From Candidatus Woesearchaeota archaeon (GTDB taxonomy: Archaea; Nanobdellota; Nanobdellia; Woesearchaeales; GW2011-AR4): a stretch of DNA of 64,000 nucleotides. The notes under the pieces are model-generated. The model saw only the letters and a list, made by a program, of their open reading frames with translations, did not search any database and was not told the origin of the DNA. The DNA lies in contig JAGVYA010000040.1 of the NCBI GenBank assembly GCA_018303505.1, forward strand, positions 6,809-70,808, written 5' to 3'. This document shows, piece after piece, positions 28,793 to 39,036 of the stretch (its first letter is position 1; each line of letters begins with the position of its first letter). The translations under genes and the position numbers were made by a program.

Positions 28793-30067
28793 TTATTTTA
28801 AAATACTCCAAGTATCTGTCCATTTCTCTGATTTTCCGGAGAGAATATCATATGCTACTTTTACACCACTAGATAACCAAAGCGCAGATGACATTGCCTT
28901 ATACGCTGTAATTTGATGATAGTGTCTTAAAGTTTTAAAAAACTCCTTTGGTGTCTCTTCTGGATTACCACCAAGGGGCATACTTATTAGGGGGGAAGCA
29001 AATGATAGTGCAGTATCCCCTATTAGGAAATATTCTACAAAATCAGGTGAGAAATAATATATAATGGGTAATGAAACGAATGTTGCAGTATACAGTGTAG
29101 ATTCAATAAAACCTGGGAGGATGGTCGAGTAAGCAAGAGCCTTGGCTTTAGAATGTGGTCCAAAAAGGTCTTTTTTATGTAGATAAAGATTTTGCCATGT
29201 ACCGGTATGCCACCTAAAAGATTGTTTAAGTTGAGATTCTAGGGTAGTTACATCTTCTGCACTTACAACAGCATCTTGAACAACTCCTACTTTGTAACCT
29301 TCTTCTTGTAGTCTCCACGTATATGCAGTATCTTCAGTTTTTGTGCCAATTGGGATCTCAATATTTTTTAGTATATCAGACCTGACCATAAATGAAGCTC
29401 CACAAACAACAAACATAGCACGCCTGTATTGTTGTGCAGTCTTCCTAAATTTTCCAAGTTTGTTTACCCATTCCTTTCCATAATGAAAGTATTTAGCCAA
29501 GTAATTGTCTGGCGGAGTAACAAATCCAAAAGATGTTACTGCTGCAACATTCTCATCTGTAAATCCAGAAACTAATTTTTCAAGTACATCAGGAGCTAGT
29601 TTTGTTGACGAATCCTTCAAATAAACATAATATCCTAAATCAACATTTGTATCTCTTACAAGACAATTAATTTTTTCTGCTTTGCCAATCACACCATCTT
29701 TTGACCAATAATATACATTAGGGAATTCTTTACTTAATTTATTGATTATTCTACTGGTGTTATCAATATTTGAATCAGAAATGTATATGTTTTTTATTGG
29801 ATATGTTTGTTTAAACACATCCAGTACTATTTTTTCTATAGTTTTTTCTTCTCCATGAGCACTAATTACAACTGTGACGTCTTTTTTTGGTTTCTTAGAT
29901 ATAAGGGCATCGATAGAATCGCTCTCATTATAAAGTCCAGATACATCCTCAAATTCATTTTTTCTAGAACCTCTTCTAAGCTTATTTTTGGTCCAGTAAT
30001 ACGCAAGAGTTCCAATGTCTATTGACATTGTAATTGGTATTACTAAATATGGCATCCCCACTCCCAT
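28793..30067 (-). CDS. Processive family-2 glycosyltransferase (cellulose/chitin/PNAG-synthase-like) with a QxxRW motif
   Basis: N-terminal TM, GT-A domain, then QSFRWHTG (QxxRW) followed by C-terminal TM segments. Confidence 0.65.
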   Translation of the reverse strand: MGVGMPYLVIPITMSIDIGTLAYYWTKNKLRRGSRKNEFEDVSGLYNESDSIDALISKKPKKDVTVVISAHGEEKTIEKIVLDVFKQTYPIKNIYISDSNIDNTSRIINKLSKEFPNVYYWSKDGVIGKAEKINCLVRDTNVDLGYYVYLKDSSTKLAPDVLEKLVSGFTDENVAAVTSFGFVTPPDNYLAKYFHYGKEWVNKLGKFRKTAQQYRRAMFVVCGASFMVRSDILKNIEIPIGTKTEDTAYTWRLQEEGYKVGVVQDAVVSAEDVTTLESQLKQSFRWHTGTWQNLYLHKKDLFGPHSKAKALAYSTILPGFIESTLYTATFVSLPIIYYFSPDFVEYFLIGDTALSFASPLISMPLGGNPEETPKEFFKTLRHYHQITAYKAMSSALWLSSGVKVAYDILSGKSEKWTDTWSILK

Positions 30068-30223
30068 TTTATTTTACCTCGCTAGTTCTTGTACATTAAC
30101 CAAACCTATGATAATTTATCCCAATACTTAAATTTTTCTATTAATAAGTAGTTACAAAAAAAGAGGATATAAAATACTCGTCTCATAAAATTATTACTTC
30201 ATGTTTTTGTGCATGAATTTACA

Positions 30224-31591
30224 TTAGATAGGCTTTTTACTACTAGTATTCTTATTGATCATTCTGAGGGCATCAAAAGGCGGTTTATTATACCTACTTG
30301 CATTTAAGTACATAACGCTCCTTTTTATTCTGTTTGAATACTCTTGATCTTTTGGTATTCCCAGCAGCTCCTTACCTTTTTTAACAAGATTGTCAAATTT
30401 TTTATTTGAAAAATACTTATATAACTCATTACAGATAACATGAAAAGCGACAGTATCTTCAAAAAGTATTGAATTATATGTTTTATCTTTTTCATTATTA
30501 AAGAGAGAATAATACAATAAATCTGCAATTAATTTGTAAGATTCTTCAATAGAAACATTGCCTTTGTGGATCTTCATAAGGCCTTTAGTAACATCGTCAT
30601 TGACTCTATTTAAGTCGTCGCTTTTGGCAAGGAATAAAGGAATTATATGGGCAATGTAATTTTTTCTTTCATTTAAAGCCCTAACCTCTCTTTTGGCAAT
30701 ATCAGTTATCATGAAATTTTCATCAACAGCAGCATCACCTCTAACGTAAACAGCATATGTCAAATCATAATTGGATAAATCTCTTCTGTCCTTGATAGAC
30801 TTTAGAGAAGCCAAGCTTAAAATTATGTTGTTATGTGGGTCAAAGATACCTTTACTACTATTATATCTGGGATTAAAATAAGGGTTTTTGGGGTCTTTGA
30901 CCATTCTTAATGTTTTTTCTAAAGAATTAATATTAATTTGCCCCAATCCAAAATCAGTTAATTGTGGATTGATGTCAATAGGAATCATCGAAGATTCAAG
31001 TATAAAAAATCTAGTTGCAAATTCAGGATCAATACTGTAATAATTGCTTTCCTTTTCGATAAGTGATTTTAAAGGTATTAACCTTGCTAAAGTAATGTTC
31101 TCCCAAGGAGTAAGTTCTCTTATCCGATAATCTTTAAACTGCACTATTTCTTCTAAAGTTAAAATTTTTCTATGTGACACTCTCTCTTTTGCATTTGCAA
31201 TTTGTAAAGTCTCGTCTTGATAATCAATTTCAATAATGTCTTTAGGTATTTGAATAGGTATAACTATCTCTGGTTTTTCCACAAGAGTTGGATTTTCTGG
31301 TTGCTTTTTTTGGTAAACATAATTGATTACTTTTACATATTCTTCCTTCATTTGCTTTGTCATCTCTGGAATTGTATAAGTAAGAACAGAAGGAGAAGCT
31401 ACTATTAAAATTCCTGTGAGAACTGCAACAGAAGATCCTAAATATCTTCTAATTCGATGTCCTTTTGGATTTTTATGGCTATTTAGAGTATCGTTTAGTC
31501 TAAATGCTGATGAATTGGATTTTTTATCATCTCTGTTAAAAAAATCTTTTGGATCCATATTCGCCGAATATAATTTATAATACCTTGCCAA
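30224..31591 (-). CDS. Membrane-anchored protein with an SLT/lysozyme-like (lytic transglycosylase) domain
   Basis: N-terminal TM anchor and an ES...GLGQI motif (FILESSMIPIDINPQLTDFGLGQININ) that resembles the SLT catalytic E-S and GLMQ motifs. Confidence 0.4.
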   Translation of the reverse strand: MARYYKLYSANMDPKDFFNRDDKKSNSSAFRLNDTLNSHKNPKGHRIRRYLGSSVAVLTGILIVASPSVLTYTIPEMTKQMKEEYVKVINYVYQKKQPENPTLVEKPEIVIPIQIPKDIIEIDYQDETLQIANAKERVSHRKILTLEEIVQFKDYRIRELTPWENITLARLIPLKSLIEKESNYYSIDPEFATRFFILESSMIPIDINPQLTDFGLGQININSLEKTLRMVKDPKNPYFNPRYNSSKGIFDPHNNIILSLASLKSIKDRRDLSNYDLTYAVYVRGDAAVDENFMITDIAKREVRALNERKNYIAHIIPLFLAKSDDLNRVNDDVTKGLMKIHKGNVSIEESYKLIADLLYYSLFNNEKDKTYNSILFEDTVAFHVICNELYKYFSNKKFDNLVKKGKELLGIPKDQEYSNRIKRSVMYLNASRYNKPPFDALRMINKNTSSKKPI

Positions 31592-31604
31592 TAAAATACG
31601 TAAA

Positions 31605-34600
31605 CTAACTTACTATTACCCCGCACATCTCTACCGCATCGGTTGAGGTCCACGCCCATCCGCATGTTTCTAATATAATGGTGTCGGCCAAGAAGTTATC
31701 ATTAAACTTCTTTGTTAAAATACATGTGTTATCAGGTCCGGCATACACAAGCTTTTGTTCCGCAGTTGCATTGTTTTTTAACCACATCCTGTTCCAGCAT
31801 ATATCATAGTCCCCAAATATGGTAAAATTTTTAACCATTATTAATTTAGGGTAAGATAATGTTATATTAGCTTTTACGTTCCAATTAGTAGGGTTCCACG
31901 ATTTTTGGGTGCCACTCCAGATTGAGCACTCAATGTCCGCGTCAGGGGCACCAGTAGCATATATTGGCTCAGACCCGGTATTGCTTGATGTAGCATTTGC
32001 TGAAATAGCAAAATTACATAAATTAATAAATGTTTCAATAGTACATAGATTACTGCATCCATCCCCATTTACGAGGTTACCGTCATCACATTGCTCACCT
32101 GATTCAAGAATCGAGTTGCCACATTCTGGTAAGGGAGCACCTTTTACCACACGAATGTTCCTAACCCCTGAGGGATTAACATTAAACCTTATTGAGGAAC
32201 CATCTCTTTTAAAAGAAGTTACAACATTATCAATCTCAACTTTCTGCACGTTGCTTGAATTTACAAAAACTTTTATAGATATATTTTGGTTGAATAGCAG
32301 AGAACTTAAATTCCCAACTAAATTAAATGTAATTTCTGAATCTGTTTCTACCAAGTTTTGTATTTTTGCATTTTGTCTCTCTTTAATGTATTTCGCAACC
32401 TTACCAACAGGTGCAACCCACAAATCCTTAGTGGCAAGATAATCTATAGAGCCATTATCTTGGCATTCGTTGTGGAATACGAAGTTTACCCACTTATGCC
32501 GAGTTTCTGCATCATCTGCAGACATAAAATAGCTTGGTGGCTCTAGTGTCCTATCATGATAACCTGGCGTATTTAAACTTTTGATGTTCATAAAATCAGC
32601 AGGGTCTTTATCTTCCAACTGGTTGATATGATATCCGCGGGCTGAAACATAATATTCGCTTGTTATTGTTTTCATTTCTTCGTTATTGATGCCACAAGGC
32701 CATGCAAATGATGAAAGATCTTCTCGTGGCATTGGAATATTAGTTAAAATATCATTTATATTTGATCCCAGCTCTTGCCTTAATGTTGGCTCATTCATTA
32801 CCAAGCAGGAATGTGATTGTGTATGTCCTCCTATTTCATGTTTTTCAGCATATATGTCTCTCCAAAGATTCCATTTTGCTTCGTCAAAAGAACTAGTTTC
32901 AGAGAGGTAATAAGTTCCCTTGAATCCTTTTTGGTTTAGTTTATCTCTACAGGAAGAAAAACTATCGTCTATCGAAACAGATGCTGCTCCTCTATGGCAA
33001 TCCTGCCAGTCGCAAATCACTGCAATTGTAGGCACTATAGTCACGGGGTGCCTTAGATTATAAATTTCTGCAGGCTTTAAGAATTTAATTCTTGAATCAT
33101 TCTTGGCCATCAACAATGTTGTTGTGTATATGTTCCATTTTTGTTGATTTACTATTGGCTGAATTTCTGACATCATAAAATCCTGCTGATGGCTCATTAA
33201 AGAAACAACTTTGGTGCCATTTATGTAAAGCATGTCGCTGTCATTAAAAGCAATTATCTCTTCTATTACCTGCTCTGGTTGTTTAAAAGCCTCCCCAGGA
33301 CCAGGCTGTCCACTAATTGTAAGACTTACTGAGTATTGTATTACATCGTAATCGGGCAATGGATTAATGTGACCATATTCACTTACATATTGGTCAAAAT
33401 AAACCTTAAATCCAAGATCGTGGGTTGCATCCCTTATAGTCTCAGTAAACCTTCCAAGAAGTTGATTGTACGAAACAGGAGATGTTACATTAGAATAACC
33501 TATTTTTTCCAACTCGGTTATATATTTATTTTGCCATTCTTGAATTACCGATTTAACCTGAGAGTAAGACATCATGTCAAGTGGTGTTCCGTTGCTTGAA
33601 CTTTCACCTTTGAGTATAAGCTCAACATTTTTACTAGAGTACATATTTCCAATGATTTGATTGAATTCATTGTTGTCCATGGTGCCAGGATAAAAACTTA
33701 ACCCAATGGGTATGTTATTATCGTCATGCCATTGTCTTAACTGGTCGTAAAAGAAGAACCAGTCTGGATCAATACTGCCATCGATATCGCCAACATAGGG
33801 CACGAGGTATACCGACACATTTGAAGTTGTTGTATTTGTTGGTAATTCTTGACTATCTTGAACTGGCGTATACTCAAAACTGAAATACATGTCCTTACTA
33901 TCGTATTTTGTAGTTTTTGTAAAATTATTATTTGATATTAGCATATATGAATTAGCACCGTCATAAGAATAGTAATCAATTAATTTTCCATCTGAGAAAG
34001 TATCAGTACCTCCAAAAGTTTTCCAATTATTAACTAAATTTCCGCAACCTCGTGGACATTCCAGTATTAAATTGTAAAAAGTATTATTTGATATTATTAC
34101 ATTTCGATTTAATGTACAATTCCCAATTTCTGGTTTTGTTATATTTTTTAGTTGGCAGCTCCCTAAAACTTCATTTGATGTTGTATTCCTAATTTGTGCA
34201 TATAGAAATCCCTGTCCAGTTCCTTTCACAGGGCTATATTTTATAGATACTGCACTTATATTTAATTTTCCAATTAAACTCCTAAACCTCTGTCCCTGTC
34301 TATTGTAAATATCTATGAAATGCCCGCTAGTAAAAATTTCACCTTGTTCTGGTAAACCCTTCCATTCACTACTTACATTAATAGCAAACTTTAATCTTTC
34401 TGAACTCACTGAAGGTGCCTTAAAATTACCTCTAACACCTCTTTCTCTTCTAAATGATGTATCTTTTATACCACTTGGTGTATAGAACTCGTTATCTCCT
34501 GTTGTGTCCATAACTGCCACTCCTAAAGAGATGTATTTTGAACTGCTACAACTGTCACAGTACCAACAAAAATGGTAAACTGTTCCTTGGTTTATAGTTA

Positions 34601-34994
34601 TTAATGGCACACTTATATTTAGATCAGATACACCATAATTAATCGTTTTATTAATAAATGTTAACCATGTTCCGCTTGGATTTCCTCCATTATCTGCCAT
34701 AAACCCTATTGTAATTTTGGGAAAACCTTTCCTACCTTTTAAATTAAAAGAAATAGCTGTAACATCTCCAGTTTTTGTTGAGTTAAATCTTTGACACTCG
34801 TATTCCATATTAACATCTAATTTTGTATTGTACGATGATGATACTGATGAAAATTGCCCAAATGTGGCTCCCTTTACATAAGCAATATTAATAACTAAAA
34901 TTAAAATAAATATCAATAACAATTTTAATTTCTTATTCAATTTACCTCCAATTGTTTCCGCACATAATGGCAAACTCTTAATTTCTTGAATCAT
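31605..34994 (-). CDS. Giant secreted protein (1129 aa) with a CE4 polysaccharide-deacetylase-like domain and a C-terminal Cys-rich repeat (CGNGxxExGEQCDDGN...DGCS)
   Basis: Signal peptide or TM at the N-terminus, many N-x-T sequons, NodB-like SIDDS...GGHTQSH motifs, and the repeat ECGNSILESGEQCDDGNLVNGDGCSNLC. Confidence 0.55.
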   Translation of the reverse strand: MIQEIKSLPLCAETIGGKLNKKLKLLLIFILILVINIAYVKGATFGQFSSVSSSYNTKLDVNMEYECQRFNSTKTGDVTAISFNLKGRKGFPKITIGFMADNGGNPSGTWLTFINKTINYGVSDLNISVPLITINQGTVYHFCWYCDSCSSSKYISLGVAVMDTTGDNEFYTPSGIKDTSFRRERGVRGNFKAPSVSSERLKFAINVSSEWKGLPEQGEIFTSGHFIDIYNRQGQRFRSLIGKLNISAVSIKYSPVKGTGQGFLYAQIRNTTSNEVLGSCQLKNITKPEIGNCTLNRNVIISNNTFYNLILECPRGCGNLVNNWKTFGGTDTFSDGKLIDYYSYDGANSYMLISNNNFTKTTKYDSKDMYFSFEYTPVQDSQELPTNTTTSNVSVYLVPYVGDIDGSIDPDWFFFYDQLRQWHDDNNIPIGLSFYPGTMDNNEFNQIIGNMYSSKNVELILKGESSSNGTPLDMMSYSQVKSVIQEWQNKYITELEKIGYSNVTSPVSYNQLLGRFTETIRDATHDLGFKVYFDQYVSEYGHINPLPDYDVIQYSVSLTISGQPGPGEAFKQPEQVIEEIIAFNDSDMLYINGTKVVSLMSHQQDFMMSEIQPIVNQQKWNIYTTTLLMAKNDSRIKFLKPAEIYNLRHPVTIVPTIAVICDWQDCHRGAASVSIDDSFSSCRDKLNQKGFKGTYYLSETSSFDEAKWNLWRDIYAEKHEIGGHTQSHSCLVMNEPTLRQELGSNINDILTNIPMPREDLSSFAWPCGINNEEMKTITSEYYVSARGYHINQLEDKDPADFMNIKSLNTPGYHDRTLEPPSYFMSADDAETRHKWVNFVFHNECQDNGSIDYLATKDLWVAPVGKVAKYIKERQNAKIQNLVETDSEITFNLVGNLSSLLFNQNISIKVFVNSSNVQKVEIDNVVTSFKRDGSSIRFNVNPSGVRNIRVVKGAPLPECGNSILESGEQCDDGNLVNGDGCSNLCTIETFINLCNFAISANATSSNTGSEPIYATGAPDADIECSIWSGTQKSWNPTNWNVKANITLSYPKLIMVKNFTIFGDYDICWNRMWLKNNATAEQKLVYAGPDNTCILTKKFNDNFLADTIILETCGWAWTSTDAVEMCGVIVS

Positions 34995-35012
34995 TTTATT
35001 TATTTGTATATA

Positions 35013-35110
35013 TTATTTGTGTATATATTACCCATTATTCGTGTTTGTTATTAGCTATTTATTATTTGTGTATATATTACCCATTATTCGTGTTTGTTAT
35101 TAGCTATTTT
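35013..35110. repeat. Perfect tandem direct repeat, 2 x 49 bp, in the intergenic region upstream of the giant-protein gene
   Basis: TTATTTGTGTATATATTACCCATTATTCGTGTTTGTTATTAGCTATTTA occurs twice back to back, with a partial third copy before it. Confidence 0.8.
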
Positions 35111-35112
35111 GT

Positions 35113-36627
35113 TTAGTTACTAGCTAAGAATGCTTTAGCAACAAATTTCGCATCCTCTTTATTTAATAGTGGGTATATCGGTAAAGATAAGGCGTATTTA
35201 TGGGCTAAGTCTGTATTCATTATACTTTCGTTTAAACATAGTAATTGATGTAATGGTTTGTAAATCGGTTTTTTAGCTTCAACCCCAAACAATTTTAATT
35301 TATTCGCAACACGCTCTGGGTCATCTACTAAAACAATGTATCTATAAAATAAATTATTTTCATCAAATCTTCTGAGAAACATATTTTGATGGGCGGTATC
35401 TTGCAATACCTGTCTGTAAAATGCCGCTATTTCTCTTCGCTTTTTTATGAATTCAGGCAATCTTTTAAATTGTTGAATTCCCAAATAAGCATGCAAATCA
35501 TCCATCTGAAAGCTATGCCCTAAAATAAATTTATCACTTTCGTCTGTTGTCATAAGTTTTTTTGCTTTTTGGTAGGTATCTTCATTTTTTGTTACTAATG
35601 CTCCACCCCTCCCTGTTGTTAATAGTTTGGTGGCATAAAAAGACAAGATTGCCATCTCACCCATTGCACCTATTTTTCTACCATCATAGTCAGCACCAAA
35701 ACATTGTGCACAATCCTCTATTACTGGTGTACTGTATTGTCTTAATTGATCAAAGTCTTTTATTGGGATCCCAAACATATGCGCTGCAATTATTGCTTTT
35801 GTATTTTTTGAAATTTTTTCTTCTAAACCTTTTTTAGAAATATTAAAGTCGTCATGGTTTATATCAGCAAATATCGGCTTAGCACCTGTATGGATAACTG
35901 ATTGTAACACAGACATACACATATAAGGAGGAACAATTACCTCGTCCCCTTCTTTCACACCTAACGCCTTCAAACCTAAGAGTAATGCATTTGAACCGCT
36001 ATTTGTTAAAATAACCTTGCTTCCTAGATAATCTTCCAATGTCTGTTCAAAGGAAGTAACCATAGAGCCATCAGCAAGTCTTCCTCCTTTAAGTAAGTCT
36101 TCAATACCCTGCCTGTATTCTACGTCTAAAGTTGGTTTTGAATGTTTTATTGTTGAAGTCGCTGTTTTAAGCGCTTTAAAGAAATCGTACCTGTTAATTC
36201 TATCATCACCCATCGTATGCCCTACGATATGATAACCAGCTTCTGTATACATCTTGTTAGCGGTATTATTTGGAATTTGGGATTTGAAATGTATTCCGCT
36301 TAAACCTAAATCAGCACATTTCTTTTCAAATTCCGTCAACAGTTTCTTACCTATTCCCATTCCTCTATAATTTTTATCAACAACCACTTTTCCAAAATAA
36401 GCAACGCCTGGATTGCTTTCAAAACCTATAGAATAACCAACTATTTCATCTCTCCTCATTGCCAAAAAACTCAAGTCCCATTTATTATTAATTTCCCTTA
36501 AAAAATTTTCATCTGTCCAAGGTCTTTCACCTATACCTACCCAATTATGTTCTAAAGCTAATATTCCTTCAAGTTTTGAAATCATTGTTTCCCTGTTTAA
36601 TTGTAATATCTTAACTTCTTCTGTCAT
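35113..36627 (-). CDS. Bifunctional GNAT N-acetyltransferase / DegT-DnrJ-EryC1 PLP-dependent sugar aminotransferase
   Basis: The N-terminus has the GNAT motif VVVDKNYRGMGIGKKLL. The C-terminus has DegT motifs (TNSGSNALLLGLKAL, FYATKLLTTGRGGALV). Length is 504 aa. Confidence 0.65.
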   Translation of the reverse strand: MTEEVKILQLNRETMISKLEGILALEHNWVGIGERPWTDENFLREINNKWDLSFLAMRRDEIVGYSIGFESNPGVAYFGKVVVDKNYRGMGIGKKLLTEFEKKCADLGLSGIHFKSQIPNNTANKMYTEAGYHIVGHTMGDDRINRYDFFKALKTATSTIKHSKPTLDVEYRQGIEDLLKGGRLADGSMVTSFEQTLEDYLGSKVILTNSGSNALLLGLKALGVKEGDEVIVPPYMCMSVLQSVIHTGAKPIFADINHDDFNISKKGLEEKISKNTKAIIAAHMFGIPIKDFDQLRQYSTPVIEDCAQCFGADYDGRKIGAMGEMAILSFYATKLLTTGRGGALVTKNEDTYQKAKKLMTTDESDKFILGHSFQMDDLHAYLGIQQFKRLPEFIKKRREIAAFYRQVLQDTAHQNMFLRRFDENNLFYRYIVLVDDPERVANKLKLFGVEAKKPIYKPLHQLLCLNESIMNTDLAHKYALSLPIYPLLNKEDAKFVAKAFLASN

Positions 36628-36655
36628 TTTTTCCTCAAACGATTATTACACGTAT

Positions 36656-37423
36656 TTATTCTGGTTTTGGTAAAATAGTACCCATATTCAAAATAAAATC
36701 AATAGAACACATATAAGGTAAAAAATCCGGATGATGTAGTTGTTTATAAACAGGATGATTAAATTCTTGGAATTTAATGGAAATTCCTTTTTTTTCAAAG
36801 GGGTCAGGCACCAAATAGCTTTTTCCCCCATCACCGCTTAAATAAACAACATTGCTGATATTTTTTTCTATTGCAACTGCTTCGCACAATGAAGCTAGGT
36901 TTATAGACCCTTTGCACTCAGACTCCTTATCCATTTCAATATCATGTTTATTAATAAACTCGCTAGATGTAACTATTTCAGTTCCTAATTTAAAAACTTG
37001 TTTGATATAGTTAATAAAACGCATATTATAGTCTCTCAAAGATTCACATGGGTCTCTAAATAACTGCTCGAGTTCTGGATGAAATTCATTAAAATACTGT
37101 GCTTTATCATAGAACAAATGTATATCTCTAAGCATATCTTCATACCAGTACAATTTTCCTTTAACTTTTGTATCTAATTTTATGCGAACATCTTTTATAT
37201 CATCGAGGCTTTCATAAACTGGAATTGTAAGCCATTTTGAATTTGGAGTCCCATCATCGGTGACACCAGGTATCTTTATTCTGTTTCTGTGATGAAAATC
37301 CCTCTTTACAAACTGCACATCGTCTCTTATTAAGAAAACATCTGCTCTTGACATTTTATCAGTAAAACCAATGTAGGGCAAGAAATTTGGCTGATGTGCT
37401 GCAATAACCAACTTTTCAGTCAT
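36656..37423 (-). CDS. WbqC-family protein (polysaccharide biosynthesis)
   Basis: The N-terminus IAAHQPNFLPYIGFTDKMSRADVFLIRDDVQF matches the WbqC family pattern. Confidence 0.55.
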   Translation of the reverse strand: MTEKLVIAAHQPNFLPYIGFTDKMSRADVFLIRDDVQFVKRDFHHRNRIKIPGVTDDGTPNSKWLTIPVYESLDDIKDVRIKLDTKVKGKLYWYEDMLRDIHLFYDKAQYFNEFHPELEQLFRDPCESLRDYNMRFINYIKQVFKLGTEIVTSSEFINKHDIEMDKESECKGSINLASLCEAVAIEKNISNVVYLSGDGGKSYLVPDPFEKKGISIKFQEFNHPVYKQLHHPDFLPYMCSIDFILNMGTILPKPE

Positions 37424-37429
37424 TTTTAA

Positions 37430-38056
37430 TCAGCCTCTGATATAGTGGTTTGAAATGAATGGCTCAGCATAACTTATAATGGAGTTGTCGCCATTTATTA
37501 GACTGCCAAAGAAAATAGCAGTAGCCCTGATATAATCTGGATGTATTTTCTGAGACTGACTTTTATGGGCACTAATCGCTTCGATTTTTTTTTCTAACAT
37601 TTCCCCATTTCCCATAACAAAAATATTTGGTAAGAATTCTTTTTTTGGAAATGAACCTCTATAAAGAAGAACTTGAGGTACCTTTTTGAAAGCTGCCATT
37701 GAAGCCTCTGCAACAGCAACATGGTCCTGATGAGTATCATGATCAGCATGAGTCATAACCAAATAAGGATTTACTTTTGAGGAGATATTTTTAAGGTCGT
37801 CTATAATTTGCACCATTTCAGGAAAACTAGTGTCTTTATATGATAAGAAAATCAAATCATCTATGCCTAAAATCTTTGCAGCATGTTCTGCCTCTTTTTG
37901 CCTTGTAGTTGGACTACCCCTACTTTCACCAGAAGAACAAACAACAGAAATAACTTTGTTACCTTTTTCTTTCTCACTCAGGATACTCATTCCTGCACCA
38001 ATTTCATAGTCATCTGGGTGAGCCCCAACAACTAAAACTGTTTTATCATCCTCCAT
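37430..38056 (-). CDS. PIG-L/LmbE-family N-acetylglucosaminyl deacetylase
   Basis: VVGAHPDDYEIG motif and a later HxDH region. Length is 208 aa. Confidence 0.65.
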   Translation of the reverse strand: MEDDKTVLVVGAHPDDYEIGAGMSILSEKEKGNKVISVVCSSGESRGSPTTRQKEAEHAAKILGIDDLIFLSYKDTSFPEMVQIIDDLKNISSKVNPYLVMTHADHDTHQDHVAVAEASMAAFKKVPQVLLYRGSFPKKEFLPNIFVMGNGEMLEKKIEAISAHKSQSQKIHPDYIRATAIFFGSLINGDNSIISYAEPFISNHYIRG

Positions 38057-38160
38057 TTTATCCTTTTTTAAAGGTTAAATTTGAGTTAAATATAGTCGAT
38101 CAAAAGGTTTAACGGCTTAATTTAATCCAAACAAATTATATTGTTCTTTCTTAGAGTGTT

Positions 38161-39036
38161 CTAAAAACCTTTCCAAATTCCTATAACGAATCTCACAAAA
38201 TCGCCTTTTGCACCCTCTGGAGAATCTCTATTACCCGCTTCAATTCTGCTGTAAAAAGGTATACCTCCAATGTTTAATGTTGCTTCTGCACCTCCTGCAT
38301 ATTCGCTATATCGATTCCAAGGTCGATTATTGGAATCAGTAGAAATCTTTGCTCTAACAGATGGAGCGTCCAAGGCAAATGAGGCATATTCGTTGTCAAA
38401 TTTAATTAATCTCAAACCAACTTGGCCTTCTAATTTCGCTAACACACTTTTTTCTAAACTATGATGGCTAACTTCACCATTTCCTTGCACAACCGGAGTT
38501 AATGGAAAAGTTTTTGATTTTGTTAAGTCTGGACCAAAAAATCTGTGCCAAAACTCTGCATAAGCTCTGTAGAAATTGCCACTAGCTTCATCATTATATT
38601 TATTTTCTCTGTAGCCTGCTTCTAAGCCAGCAGCGAGTATACCTTTGTATCTTGCTTGAATTCCAATCGCTGCTTCAGTATAATTATTCCAGGGATGCTC
38701 TCTTCCTTTTCCATCATCTTTTATTTTTCCTCTTATTAAAGGGGCAATTATTGAATAATCATCTTTTTGTAAGAGGGTATAACCCGAAGAAGCTGCCAAT
38801 TCGCTTGTTGTTTCATCAATACCTCCTGTAAGCACTTCATGCTGCGCATTTACATGGCCTGTTAGTCTGTTTGTTAAATCCAAAGCTTGTGCTTTAGTTG
38901 GACTTGTCACACAAAATGTTGTTGCCAACGCTAATCCAGTAACACCCCCCCCTATTTTCTTTAACACATTTCGTATATAATTTTGTCTAGTATGTATATC
39001 ATTTATACCAACACCCACATGTGTTTTATTGTTCAT
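38161..39036 (-). CDS. Secreted hypothetical protein (signal peptide ending AQA), GC-richer than neighbours
   Basis: ORF with an N-terminal hydrophobic segment and an AQA-like cleavage site. Confidence 0.4.
   Translation of the reverse strand: MNNKTHVGVGINDIHTRQNYIRNVLKKIGGGVTGLALATTFCVTSPTKAQALDLTNRLTGHVNAQHEVLTGGIDETTSELAASSGYTLLQKDDYSIIAPLIRGKIKDDGKGREHPWNNYTEAAIGIQARYKGILAAGLEAGYRENKYNDEASGNFYRAYAEFWHRFFGPDLTKSKTFPLTPVVQGNGEVSHHSLEKSVLAKLEGQVGLRLIKFDNEYASFALDAPSVRAKISTDSNNRPWNRYSEYAGGAEATLNIGGIPFYSRIEAGNRDSPEGAKGDFVRFVIGIWKGF

Noticed and set aside
31909-32442. 177-aa plus-strand ORF inside the giant secreted-protein gene
   Set aside because: It is antisense to a 1129-aa ORF with recognisable domains and shows no features of its own.
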